Source: Staphylococcus phage SAC. Taken from it: DNA of 64,000 bases. The position numbers and the translations under genes were made by a program. Positions 1 through 8,843 of this stretch are shown here, piece by piece (position 1 is the first letter of the stretch; each line of letters begins with the position of its first letter). A model generated the notes under the pieces. The model saw only the letters and a program-made list of their open reading frames with translations. It was not told where the DNA came from and did not search any database. The stretch is from the sequence record OR234014.1; one strand, written 5' to 3'.

Positions 1-135
1 GTTTTTCAGGTTCTATAGGTTTTTCAGGTTCTATAGGTTTTTCAGGTTCTATAGGTTTTTCAGGTTCTATAGGTTTTTCAGGTTCTATAGGTTTTTCAGG
101 TTCTATAGGTTTTTCAGGTTCTATAGGGGGTAGTG
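1..135. repeat. Tandem 18-bp repeat (ggttctataggtttttca) x ~7.5, extending off the window start; it encodes (PIEPEK)n on the minus strand
   Basis: Perfect head-to-tail 18-bp units visible from position 1; the minus-strand translation gives EPEKPI hexapeptide repeats. Confidence 0.9.
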
Positions 136-700
136 GGTTAGGGGTAGGGATGTTAGGTTTAGGTAGAATAGGATTAGGGTTAATAGGATTAGGAATAATA
201 GGTTTAGGTATAGTAGGAGAAGATAAACTAGGTTCACTTGGTGGCTCAACAGGACTTACAACAGGAGGTACTACAACTGTACTGACACCATTATCTTCTA
301 TTATCTTAGGTCTAGTAACTTCATTACTTACAACAACCTTATTATTTACTAATACTAAATCTTTATCCTTATCATTACCATAAATACGTTCTCTTACACT
401 CTTATCCTCTTTATCTCTTTCTTTTTCTGTTTTATCATTATAACCTTTATAATTAGTTTCTTCTTTAACCTTTTTAAGTTCTTCCTCAGCCCTATTTAAC
501 TTCTCAACATACCTTTTTTTAGTTTTACCGTCATCATCATCTGCTTTTTGATAAATTTCTACTAGCTTTTGATATCTGTCCTTATCTTCTTTAGCAATTT
601 GGTACTTGTTAAATGCTACTGTAATTAATACTATAAATAGAGCAACTACAATAGTTATAAGTGTTATAGTAATCTCATTACTACTAAACTTACGTTTCAT
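1..700 (-). CDS. Membrane-anchored proline-rich protein with C-terminal PIEPEK tandem repeats (partial; C-terminus runs past window start)
   Basis: Hand translation from ATG at 700-698 (MKRKFSSNEITITLITIVVALFIVLITVAF...) is continuous to position 1: an N-terminal TM helix, a charged K/E/D-rich segment, then P-rich IPKPIIPNPINP and (PIEPEK)n. The ORF track missed it because it is edge-truncated. Confidence 0.7.
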   Translation of the reverse strand, partial: MKRKFSSNEITITLITIVVALFIVLITVAFNKYQIAKEDKDRYQKLVEIYQKADDDDGKTKKRYVEKLNRAEEELKKVKEETNYKGYNDKTEKERDKEDKSVRERIYGNDKDKDLVLVNNKVVVSNEVTRPKIIEDNGVSTVVVPPVVSPVEPPSEPSLSSPTIPKPIIPNPINPNPILPKPNIPTPNPLPPIEPEKPIEPEKPIEPEKPIEPEKPIEPEKPIEPEKPIEPEK

Positions 701-742
701 ATTATTTATTCCTACCTATCCATAAAGGTCTCATAATATCTA

Positions 743-1222
743 TTATAACTTATCTAGTTTTTCCTTTTCTTCTTCTTCAATACGTTTCTTTTCTTCATAG
801 TCTTTGCTTAACATAAATGTAATACTAACATTAAGCTCATTACTAGATAAAACATTACTTAAAGCTGTGTCGGTTACAACAACATCACCTAACTTAATAG
901 CTTCTCCATTTTGTACATCTTCTTTAAACTGCTTGTTAGCTTCAAAAATATCAATATTATAATCAAAAGCTAATTTAAAAAGTTTTTGGTGTTCTTCACC
1001 TGTTAATGTATCATCTAATCTACTTTGAAACACCATTAGAGAACCGTCTAATCTTTGTGTTTCATCAATAGGGTCTTGCCTTAATACATTGTAAGAACTA
1101 TATAGCTTATTAATCATCTCACATAATGTTTTACTAAATTCTTTAACTTTATTTTCTTTTTCTTCTGTAGAAATAGGTGTAATTAACTCTTCCAATGTTT
1201 TTGTATTATTATCTTTAATCAT
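743..1222 (-). CDS. Hypothetical protein (159 aa)
   Basis: Long ORF in the same orientation as its neighbours; start overlaps the upstream gene's stop. Confidence 0.6.
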   Translation of the reverse strand: MIKDNNTKTLEELITPISTEEKENKVKEFSKTLCEMINKLYSSYNVLRQDPIDETQRLDGSLMVFQSRLDDTLTGEEHQKLFKLAFDYNIDIFEANKQFKEDVQNGEAIKLGDVVVTDTALSNVLSSNELNVSITFMLSKDYEEKKRIEEEEKEKLDKL

Positions 1223-1397
1223 TCATATCTCCCTTTTTTAAGTTGTTTATAATATCCTTTTTTACTTGTATAAGCAACTTCCTAGTATTGTACATTCTTT
1301 TCTCTCTTATTACTACATTTACAACTACTAATATAATAATACTTATATATATAATTGTATAAATGAGTACAGTGCTAAATAAGCTCACTGTACTCAC
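1215..1397 (-). CDS. Small hydrophobic membrane protein (60 aa)
   Basis: Hydrophobic core IYTIIYISIIILVVVNVV; overlapping stop/start couplings with neighbours. Confidence 0.5.
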   Translation of the reverse strand: MSTVSLFSTVLIYTIIYISIIILVVVNVVIREKRMYNTRKLLIQVKKDIINNLKKGDMND

Positions 1398-2175
1398 CTA
1401 AAAATAACTTTATATCTTGTTTTTTTAATACATACTCATCTTTACATTTAATAAATCCTAAAGATTTTAAGAACTCTATGGCTTGAGGTAATTCTATATC
1501 ATAAACAACAGCGTTCTTGTTCTTCTTTATTGCTAAAGAAATTAACTCTAGAATAGACCTAGCACCTACTCCATTAGTTTCGAGGTCTGATACATACCCG
1601 TGTAATATAATGTCGGAATCTGTTTCTTTAAAAGAAGCTAACCCTATTGGGTTATTGTTATCGTCTACAAATTCTTTGTATACTGATGCGTTGCCATCTA
1701 TGTGGTCAGTGTTCACACCTTTATTCTTTAGTGTAGAAAGAGAACTGGCAATCTTTTTAGGATTAGGTTTTTCAGCATCACCATGAGTAAGAACCCTAGA
1801 ACCTTTAGCAGTTTTAGGTTCTTTTGATTCTTCACTATTATTCTCTTTAGGTTTATCATCATTTTTATTATCTTCATAGACTGTCATTTCAATTTCTTTC
1901 CCATTACGTACTACAGTTCTTTTTACTTTATTCAATGAGCCTATGTCTTTAGCTCCACCTTTGTATATACGTTCTGGTTCTCTTGCTATGTATAAATAAC
2001 AGTCCATGAAGTTATCAAAGCCTAGTGATTTATATATGTAATCATATTTATCATCTAAAAAGTCACTATGTTTAGAAACATAGGATAAAGTTAAAGGTTC
2101 TTCAATTAGTAAATTAAATGTCTCTTTACTTATATCATCTTCTTGTATTGTATCATAATTTAATATACTTGTCAA
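1375..2175 (-). CDS. Hypothetical protein (266 aa); C-terminal third weakly GNAT-acetyltransferase-like
   Basis: Long ORF immediately downstream of the terminase 3' exon; motif ...ETNGVGARSILELISLA... resembles the GNAT acetyl-CoA loop (weak). Confidence 0.55.
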   Translation of the reverse strand: MTSILNYDTIQEDDISKETFNLLIEEPLTLSYVSKHSDFLDDKYDYIYKSLGFDNFMDCYLYIAREPERIYKGGAKDIGSLNKVKRTVVRNGKEIEMTVYEDNKNDDKPKENNSEESKEPKTAKGSRVLTHGDAEKPNPKKIASSLSTLKNKGVNTDHIDGNASVYKEFVDDNNNPIGLASFKETDSDIILHGYVSDLETNGVGARSILELISLAIKKNKNAVVYDIELPQAIEFLKSLGFIKCKDEYVLKKQDIKLFLGEYSELI

Positions 2176-2190
2176 GTCGTCAGTCCTTTC

Positions 2191-2973
2191 TTAGTCATCA
2201 AAATAGAACTCATTAGACGAGTTGTTTTGTGTACTATTATAATCCGTTGGTATAAAAGTAGATGTGAAAGCTGTACCGTTGCCTTTGTCATATAATTCTT
2301 TTAGACGAGTAAGACCGATGTAACCAATACAGGCAGACTGAGAATAATGGTCGTCGCCTTTACGTTTAATAACTTGATAAAGTTCTCCTGTTTTTTCATC
2401 TTCTTCGTCCATGATTAGGACATTTTGCCAGTGCTTAAGATAAGTTTTTAATTCATCATCTACCTGTTGGTACATTCTTATACGTTTAGCTTTTAAATCT
2501 TGTATATATCGTTTATTATGCATTAATTTATCTACAGTTACTGTATTACTGTTTTCATTAAATTGTGCATATAATTGACCTGATGAACGTGGGCTAGACT
2601 TATAAGTACAACCAAATACTTTATCCTTACCAAAGAAATTAATTAATTTAAGTACGTTGTTACCCGAATCACCATTATCTGCAACAATAATATCAGGGTC
2701 ATATTTAGATATCTCTAATATTATAGCTTCTAAATCTGCTTCTACCATATCTGGTCTACTGTTTTTCTTAATAGAGAATAAACGTATTAAATCTACTTTA
2801 CCCTCCTCAGTCATACCATGTACAGTTACCCAGTGGAAGTTACCCCAGTCTATACCTACTGAAATAAATTTGTATTTATCTCTATTAAATAACTGTGTTT
2901 TTGCAATTTCTGACTTATTGTCAAAGATGTCTTCTGGTAAAACACGCATTTTAACATCTTCATAGGGCATCAA
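2191..2973 (-). CDS. terL: Terminase large subunit, exon 4 (C-terminal RNase-H-fold nuclease domain)
   Basis: ISVGIDWG...DIIVADNGDSG...motif pattern typical of the TerL nuclease domain; preceded by group I intron A. 5' boundary approximate (ATG at 2970 if the intron ends at the G of TTG). Confidence 0.7.
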   Translation of the reverse strand: MMPYEDVKMRVLPEDIFDNKSEIAKTQLFNRDKYKFISVGIDWGNFHWVTVHGMTEEGKVDLIRLFSIKKNSRPDMVEADLEAIILEISKYDPDIIVADNGDSGNNVLKLINFFGKDKVFGCTYKSSPRSSGQLYAQFNENSNTVTVDKLMHNKRYIQDLKAKRIRMYQQVDDELKTYLKHWQNVLIMDEEDEKTGELYQVIKRKGDDHYSQSACIGYIGLTRLKELYDKGNGTAFTSTFIPTDYNSTQNNSSNEFYFDD

Positions 2974-4272
2974 TTACTACCGTTACTTTCGTAATACTTT
3001 AACATTCATTTAAGAATCGGTTTAGACTATATCATAACCCTTATTTTTGGTTAAGGGCTCCTTGCTTTACACTAATAACTTTTTATTTAAATAATTTTCA
3101 ATGTCTTTATATTTTCTTTTACCATAATCTACTTCAAGAAGTAAATAACCGTTATCTTCTGCATAACTTCTCTTTAACTCATCTCTTAATTTTTGTTTTT
3201 TAAATGCCATCTCTCCACCAAAAGATTTTACTGGTTGATAATGTTGTATTCCTTGATACTCTATTAATGTATCATACTCAGGTAAATAAAAGTCATAAGA
3301 AAGTGACTTATTGTAAATTAAATCATCAAACTTTTTCTGTATTTCATATTTAATATTATTATTAATCAAATATTCTTCTACAATCTTTTCTCCAATAGAC
3401 ATTTTACATTTAGGACACATGTCTCTCTCCATAAGATGAGAAGCTCTTATTTCCCATGTTAAACCACATTTATGTCTAACTAAAACTTTAGATTTAGAAT
3501 TAATATACTCTGATAGAACTTCATAATCATTACCGTATTTTTTCTTAACTTCATCTAAAAATTGTTGATGGGTTCTTCTTTGTTTTAAATTATGTTCTTT
3601 CATTCTACAATGAAAACATCTGCTTTTCCTTGATATAAAATCATTAGGTTTGACTTCCCATTCTTTTCCACATACATTATGAATTAACTTTACTTTATTA
3701 GTGACTCCTGTATACTCACCAATTAAAGAATACTCATCACCGACTAAATCATGAAGTTCTTTTTTAAATTGCTTTGTAGTTTTAGATTTCCTACCTTTTC
3801 TTTTATTATTACAGGCAGGACATCTGTTACCATCTAAAAAAGATTTAGGCTTTACTAAGTATTCATTATTCCCACAAGTCTCAGAATTATGCCTCATAAG
3901 TATTTTTGTTTTATTATTTACATATTCTCCTAAAACTTCATATTCATTCGATACTCTATCGTATACTTTTTTCTTAAATTCTTCTGTAGTTATTTTAATT
4001 GCCATTTTAACACCCCCCCTTTCTTTATACATTTTTTTTATTAAAAGTTATTAGTTTTTATCTAGTTCTCACTATATCCATTTATATAGTTACCTAGGAA
4101 TTTAGTCGTTCGGCATTTACTATAATTTAATTATACCATATAATGTTATCTTGTAAATAATTAAATTATAGATTTAGCACAGGATTGCTTTATGCTTTTT
4201 ATAGCACTTAAGGTTTCCCTGTTTAACAAGGTTATTCGATATATATTACTATATAAAGGGGCTATACCATTA
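2974..4272 (-). mobile_element. Group I intron A (~1.3 kb) in terL with an intact homing-endonuclease ORF in a peripheral loop
   Basis: RC contains IA-type R element AACGACUAAAUU (about 4085-4100) and S element AUAUAGUCUAAAC (about 3020-3035). 3' region is homologous to introns B and C. Begins with in-frame UAA right after exon 3. Boundaries +/-10 nt. Confidence 0.7.
3067..4032 (-). CDS. Intron-encoded homing endonuclease: three ~50-aa zinc-ribbon (CxxC) repeats plus a C-terminal Vsr/DUF559-like PD-(D/E)xK nuclease domain
   Basis: Repeats KVYDRVSNEYEVLGEYVNNKTKILMRH / LHDLVGDEYSLIGEYTGVTNKVKLIHN / VKKKYGNDYEVLSEYINSKSKVLVRHK; C-terminus ...YDFYLPEYDTLIEYQGIQHY matches the DUF559 'DF..P....IE.DG.QH' signature. 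Confidence 0.65.
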   Translation of the reverse strand: MYKERGGVKMAIKITTEEFKKKVYDRVSNEYEVLGEYVNNKTKILMRHNSETCGNNEYLVKPKSFLDGNRCPACNNKRKGRKSKTTKQFKKELHDLVGDEYSLIGEYTGVTNKVKLIHNVCGKEWEVKPNDFISRKSRCFHCRMKEHNLKQRRTHQQFLDEVKKKYGNDYEVLSEYINSKSKVLVRHKCGLTWEIRASHLMERDMCPKCKMSIGEKIVEEYLINNNIKYEIQKKFDDLIYNKSLSYDFYLPEYDTLIEYQGIQHYQPVKSFGGEMAFKKQKLRDELKRSYAEDNGYLLLEVDYGKRKYKDIENYLNKKLLV

Positions 4273-4977
4273 ACCCAAAGAATAGTTATAAAATGCTTGC
4301 TTAGAATCTGTATTCATTTCTTTCTCTACTAATTGGCTTGCACTTATCCATACAGCATTCATCTGTGAAATGTAGTAACCCCTAATACCTGAATTATTTT
4401 TTGTTCTTTCTGGATACCTTACTTTCCAAATGCCATTATACCAACGGTCTAGGGGTTTTCCACATTTCTGACAAACGTATTGATATGTACCTTCTTGTAC
4501 TGTTTTAGCTTGTTCATCAATACCATCTGGGTTTAAAAGTAAAAGATTACCACTCTTATTTAAGTCATTAGGGTCATAATCAGCATATTTCATTTCGTTT
4601 TCATATTGACAATGTTGACACACATGAGCATAGTACCATTGGTCAGATTGTTGATATAATTTGTGTATACCTACCCCAGGTGCTGACGGAGTTGAGAATC
4701 TTCTTACTACTTTAAAAGGTGAACTTGACATAGACTCTAAAGCCGAACTTTCGGCTAGTGAGTTCACCCTCTCAAATTCGTCCATTGCGAGGAAGTCTAT
4801 GTCAACACCCTCAACTGAACCTGGTTTACTACTAGTTCTAAAAAACAAACTTGAGTTTCTAATTTGTTTATAGCCTAAGGAGTCTTTATCCCAATTCACA
4901 ATATCTCTAAAATAAGTTTTATCTAATACAGGATTAAGACGTGACTGTACAAATTTCTTTAACTGCTCTTGTGTCAT
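4270..4977 (-). CDS. terL: Terminase large subunit, exon 3 (Walker B / ATPase C-terminal part)
   Basis: VDIDFLAMDEFERV Walker-B-like motif; ends ...YSLG then an in-frame TAA that is the first triplet of intron A. An in-frame TAA sits 2 codons upstream of the ATG, so the true exon start is at or after 4977 (best model: 4974, intron ending at the G of ATG). Confidence 0.65.
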   Translation of the reverse strand: MTQEQLKKFVQSRLNPVLDKTYFRDIVNWDKDSLGYKQIRNSSLFFRTSSKPGSVEGVDIDFLAMDEFERVNSLAESSALESMSSSPFKVVRRFSTPSAPGVGIHKLYQQSDQWYYAHVCQHCQYENEMKYADYDPNDLNKSGNLLLLNPDGIDEQAKTVQEGTYQYVCQKCGKPLDRWYNGIWKVRYPERTKNNSGIRGYYISQMNAVWISASQLVEKEMNTDSKQAFYNYSLG

Positions 4978-5480
4978 TTTTTACCCTTGGTTTCCCGATA
5001 TTTATTAGGGGATTAGACTATATCATAGCTACTAATTTTGGTTAGTAGCTCCTTGCTTTACTTTTTTAACTAAATACGAAAGTATATTGTCTATTTCATC
5101 CATGTTATAATAGTAAGGTATTCGTATCAATGATATGTTGTTATCTTTGGCATATATAACAGTATACTCGTCACCTACTAGATTATACACATCTTGAACA
5201 AACTCTTTATGTGTTTTCTTTTTAGTCATTACAATATACCTTTTCTTTCTTACATGTTTAGTTAAAATTTTCTTATACTATTTTCACTATATCCGTTTAT
5301 ATAGTTATTAGTAAGTTTAGTCGTTAGGCTTTTAGCTAACTTTATAAATACAGTATAACATACACTACATATAAAGTCAACAGTTAGCACGGTTGGTTCC
5401 CACTGTCTGTGTATAGTCAGATTTAGGGTTTCTTACCAGTATATTGTTTTTTCTATACATTATTTTACTATGCCCGTTTA
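4978..5480 (-). mobile_element. Group I intron B (~500 nt) in terL carrying a degenerate homing-endonuclease remnant
   Basis: R element (RC of about 5300-5320 gcctAACGACUAAAcu) and S element (RC of about 5015-5030). 3' end ...aaauaucgggaaaccaaggg is homologous to intron C; starts UAAACGGGCAUAG like intron C's 5' end. Confidence 0.6.
5032..5229 (-). pseudogene. Homing-endonuclease remnant (65 aa) inside intron B
   Basis: THKEFVQDVYNLVGDEYTVIYAKDNN aligns to one zinc-ribbon module of the intron A endonuclease, but the nuclease domain is absent. Confidence 0.5.
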
Positions 5481-5672
5481 ACAAGGTTTTAATTCCCCCA
5501 CACTGTTTAATCGAGGGAACGTATAGAGGCACTTTACATTTCTGTAACTATACATGTCAGCAAAGTGTACCATTTCCATTACTGACATCTCACTGAGTCC
5601 TAATTGTCTACTCTTAATTACCGCTTTATTAGGGTGACTATCGTTGACAATCTTAACTTGCCCACTACTACC
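5481..5672 (-). CDS. terL: Terminase large subunit, exon 2 (deviant Walker A KSRQLGLS)
   Basis: Stop-free frame GSSGQVKIVNDSHPNKAVIKSRQLGLSEMSVMEMVHFADMYSYRNVKCLYTFPRLNSVGELKPC. KSxxxGxS is a lambda gpA-type deviant P-loop. Flanked by introns C and B; ends TGT then in-frame TAA. Confidence 0.55.
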
Positions 5673-5957
5673 CTCGGTTTCCCGATATTTATTAAGGGTT
5701 TAGACTATATTATAGCCCTTAGTTTTGGTTAAGGGTTCTCTGCTTTACTTCTCTATAAAGAGTTTTCTTATCTAGTTCTCACTATCTCCATTTAGATAAC
5801 TACCTAGAAATTTAGTCGTTAGAGTTTTTCCTCTACATGTTGTAGATTCTTTACTACGGTATCAGCTCTATCCATTAGGACTTAGCTTTTCTTACCAGGA
5901 TATTCTTTATTTTCCTATGACCGTTTAACAGAGTTTAAAGACCACAGCACTAGTTTA
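5673..5957 (-). mobile_element. Group I intron C (~285 nt, ORF-less) in terL
   Basis: RC has ctctAACGACUAAAUUUcuagg (R element, about 5800-5822) and AAUAUAGUCUAAAC (S element, about 5700-5715). Begins UAAACUAGUG directly after the exon 1 codon CCA. Confidence 0.6.
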
Positions 5958-6152
5958 TGGTCTATGAGCTTGTGCTTTACTTCTGTCCCTGTTTGGAATA
6001 CTAAAAGTTATCGGGTGACCTCGTAACGTATGATATTTTAGCATATAAGTACTAGGGTTTAACATGTTGATAATATGGTCAACTTGTTCTTGCGTAACAT
6101 TTTGTGTACCGAATGTTTCTTGTGTTATTTTTAATAATTCTTTACCATCCAT
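5958..6152 (-). CDS. terL: Terminase large subunit, exon 1 (N-terminus)
   Basis: MDGKELLKITQETFG...NRDRSKAQAHRP with SD AAGGTG 8 nt upstream; reading frame closed by the TAA that begins intron C. Confidence 0.55.
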
Positions 6153-6168
6153 TCATATACACCTTTCT

Positions 6169-6582
6169 TTAGAATGTATTTGAGTTCTCTTCGTTCATAA
6201 CCTTTTCTTTATCAATAATCATAGCAGTAATATCATCAGCAGATAGTTGAGATAACTTCTCTAAATCTACTTCTTTCTCACCTTTACTATTCTCATTTGT
6301 TATTTCATCAAAGAGCTCTTGTTGTGGTCTTGATAATTGCGGTATAGCACCGCCACCATCAGAACCATCTGTAATTAAGTTTTGCATTTGTTGGAAGATA
6401 ACAAACACTTTATACAAATCATTAGGGTCTTTTACTTCTATTTCCCCTCTGTCAATCTTTTTATTAAAGTCATACATAAGTTTAGTAATACCTGACATAA
6501 ATCCATCAGCTATATATTTACGTTTATCTTCGTCTTCAATTTTTTTCTTAGATAACATATCTCTTAAACTTTCAGCGCTCAC
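6169..6582 (-). CDS. Hypothetical acidic protein (137 aa) directly upstream of terL
   Basis: ORF in operon orientation; position would fit a small terminase subunit, but no motif support. Confidence 0.5.
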   Translation of the reverse strand: MSAESLRDMLSKKKIEDEDKRKYIADGFMSGITKLMYDFNKKIDRGEIEVKDPNDLYKVFVIFQQMQNLITDGSDGGGAIPQLSRPQQELFDEITNENSKGEKEVDLEKLSQLSADDITAMIIDKEKVMNEENSNTF

Positions 6583-6869
6583 TCTATCAATTCACCTACT
6601 TTCTTTAAATTCTTGTAACAGTTATTAATATCTGCGCACATGTCAAAATATAAGTACTTAGAGTACTGTAAATGAAAATGATTAACTTTAGCTATAGCTT
6701 TACCTTTAGTATAATTCATCCCTGAAAGAGATTGACCACATAAACAACACACTCTACTAGGACTTGCAATACGTTTATCTCCTTTTTTTGTTAAGGAAAC
6801 AGCAGTAGCATTATCTTTCAGCTCTTTACGTTGTTCTTTAATGTCCTTCTTCGTTTTCATTGACAGCAT
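6579..6869 (-). CDS. Hypothetical Cys-rich small protein (96 aa)
   Basis: CCLCGQ...C...C pattern; overlapping start/stop with neighbours. Confidence 0.45.
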   Translation of the reverse strand: MLSMKTKKDIKEQRKELKDNATAVSLTKKGDKRIASPSRVCCLCGQSLSGMNYTKGKAIAKVNHFHLQYSKYLYFDMCADINNCYKNLKKVGELIE

Positions 6870-7224
6870 CTCTCTTTTTATCTTTTAGTATTCGACGTTG
6901 TGCTTTTGCTCTTACTCTTACTTCCTCAGCAGAAACATTAGTTTGTGACTCTACAATTTTCTTTAGTACTTGTAATTCATTGTTATTTAGCTCTACTTCT
7001 TTTAGAATATAATCAGGTAAGGGGTCTTCTTTGTGTAATAATAATTTATCAGTTATTGTTAATGCCACATTAGAAACTATCCCACCGAATATAAAGTAAG
7101 TCATAACTGTACTAGGTCGAATAGAGTATATTAATGACAGTGAGTTAATAATAGACAAAATAAACAAAATAAAAATAATAATTATTAGAGTTTTAAATAT
7201 AAATACAGCTATGTTATTATTCAC
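6838..7224 (-). CDS. Membrane protein with N-terminal TM helix (128 aa)
   Basis: IFKTLIIIIFILFILSIINSL hydrophobic stretch; first gene of the leftward operon after the divergent promoter region 7225-7367. Confidence 0.5.
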   Translation of the reverse strand: MNNNIAVFIFKTLIIIIFILFILSIINSLSLIYSIRPSTVMTYFIFGGIVSNVALTITDKLLLHKEDPLPDYILKEVELNNNELQVLKKIVESQTNVSAEEVRVRAKAQRRILKDKKRDAVNENEEGH

Positions 7225-7367
7225 CCTATTAGTTCAGTCCTCCTAATTTAAAATATACCGTACACTATTAATGTAACATTGTTGATTTATAAACAGGTTT
7301 CAATGTTATATTAAAGTTGTATTATATAAGATTTTATTATCTAGCTAAAAGAAATTAGGTGTAATTA

Positions 7368-7631
7368 GTGGTTATACTAGCAGGCATTATAGCTATACCT
7401 CTTTTTATTTTTTATTTTTATTTTCTGTTTAGCTTATCTAAATCACTAGCATACGTAGTAGTATTAAAAGAGTGTAAAAACATTATGAAATATATAGGCT
7501 ACTTGGTGGTTGTTTATATACTATCTTGTTTTTCATTATGGTTAATAAGTACAGGTGGTTGGTGGTTGCTAATTTTATTAAACATAATACTTATATCTGC
7601 TACTGCAATAACTATTATAACACAAAACTAG
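7368..7631 (+). CDS. Small polytopic membrane protein (87 aa; the GTG start may really be the ATG at 7485)
   Basis: Three hydrophobic segments; first ORF of the rightward block. Confidence 0.4.
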   Translation: MVILAGIIAIPLFIFYFYFLFSLSKSLAYVVVLKECKNIMKYIGYLVVVYILSCFSLWLISTGGWWLLILLNIILISATAITIITQN

Positions 7632-7667
7632 TGTAGCTCAAAATTAATTATAAGGGGGTAAGTTGAT

Positions 7668-8000
7668 TTGACTAAGTATAAAGATATATTAAAATTAGAG
7701 TTTAAAGATGCCTTAGCTCACTTTAGACGAGATAGAAAATTCTTCCACGTCTATAGGATTGATAGGTTGCTTATCAACGGCTCTATTATATATTTTGATT
7801 ATTATTACATACCATCTGATAATCCTAATACCGTTATTAAAGAAATAGACCTCCATGAGTTTGGTAAGCTTAGGTTTGAAATAAATACTAAAACGTCATA
7901 CGGTGAGATAGTTACTGAGGATTATATGCAAATTATTAATAACTTTTTCGAAAACTATGACGTCCATTCAGAATCTGAAAAGTTAGACATTAAGAGGTGA
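7668..8000 (+). CDS. Hypothetical protein (110 aa, TTG start)
   Basis: SD AAGGGGG 9 nt upstream of TTG. Confidence 0.5.
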   Translation: MTKYKDILKLEFKDALAHFRRDRKFFHVYRIDRLLINGSIIYFDYYYIPSDNPNTVIKEIDLHEFGKLRFEINTKTSYGEIVTEDYMQIINNFFENYDVHSESEKLDIKR

Positions 8001-8006
8001 CTTTAG

Positions 8007-8339
8007 TTGAATGAAGAACTAAAAAACCTTGTAGGACAAGTAGATAAGATAAAAGATAAAATACAAGATGGTAGCTATATTGATAAAAATACGTATAAGG
8101 AATTAGAAAATGAAGTTGATGAACTAAGAAAAATGGTAGTTAGTTTAGACAAAGAAGTAGCTGTTAATAGTGAGAAACAATCGTCTATCTACATACAGCT
8201 AGATAGATTAGACGAAAAGATAAAAGAACTCACTAACAATACAGTTGTTAAGGACACAAGAAAGAAGGATACTACCGAGAAAGTACTATTACTAGTGTTA
8301 GGTTCTATTATAACTTTCATTTTCAATAAATTTAGTTAG
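8007..8339 (+). CDS. Coiled-coil protein with C-terminal TM anchor (110 aa, TTG start)
   Basis: SD AGGTGA; heptad-rich KELENEVDELRKMV; C-terminus VLLLVLGSIITFIF. Confidence 0.5.
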   Translation: MNEELKNLVGQVDKIKDKIQDGSYIDKNTYKELENEVDELRKMVVSLDKEVAVNSEKQSSIYIQLDRLDEKIKELTNNTVVKDTRKKDTTEKVLLLVLGSIITFIFNKFS

Positions 8340-8349
8340 GAGTTTTGAT

Positions 8350-8565
8350 ATGGTAAAACATGCTGAGGTAACAATGATTAGTGGAAAAAAATATTATTTA
8401 ATCTCTGACGATAGTATTGAGTATACACAAAGAGAGATAAATGGAACAATTAGAGGACATGGACAAGCATCAGTTAGAGTTAGAGTCTCTGAGGATATTA
8501 ATTCTGATACAGTATTCATTAACCCTTTATTCATAGAATCATTTAAGTTAGTATTTGAAAATTAG
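8350..8565 (+). CDS. Hypothetical protein (71 aa)
   Basis: SD TAGGAG; followed by terminator. Confidence 0.5.
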   Translation: MVKHAEVTMISGKKYYLISDDSIEYTQREINGTIRGHGQASVRVRVSEDINSDTVFINPLFIESFKLVFEN

Positions 8566-8593
8566 TGACTTTTAAGTAAGTCACTTTTTTTAT
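8564..8593 (+). terminator. Rho-independent terminator
   Basis: agtgactt-ttaagta-agtcact hairpin plus TTTTTTT. Confidence 0.65.
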
Positions 8594-8779
8594 TACTCTT
8601 TGTTGACTTTCCTATATATATTATTAATTATTATAACTAGTATTATTATTTTAGTATTTATAATTATTTATTATATATATAAGGAATCCTCCTTATTTTC
8701 CAAATAGGTAAAAAAATCTTTAAAACCCTTGATATAAAAGGATTTCTCAAAATAATTACATAAAATTTAACAAAAAGCA

Positions 8780-8808
8780 TTGACATTTATTAAGTCTTAC
8801 GTTAGAAT
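8780..8808 (+). promoter_or_regulatory. Sigma-A-type promoter, TTGACA-17-TAGAAT
   Basis: Exact -35 hexamer, 17-nt spacer, A/T-rich upstream; drives the BRO-N gene. Confidence 0.6.
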
Positions 8809-8843
8809 AAGAGTATCAATTAAAAGAAAAGGACTGATGTAAC

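Noticed and set aside
1-135. CRISPR array at the window start
   Set aside because: The 18-bp units are directly adjacent with no spacers and are translated as hexapeptide repeats
150-383. Plus-strand ORF (77 aa, GLG-rich) across the 18-bp tandem repeat
   Set aside because: It is the antisense reading of the PIEPEK repeat region of a well-supported minus-strand gene (TM anchor, RBS, continuous frame), and has low-complexity glycine/leucine content
4978-5957. A single large intron between terL exon 1 and exon 3
   Set aside because: A stop-free 64-codon frame with a lambda-gpA-type deviant Walker A (KSRQLGLS) lies between two separate R/S-element-bearing intron cores, so two introns flanking a short exon 2 fits better
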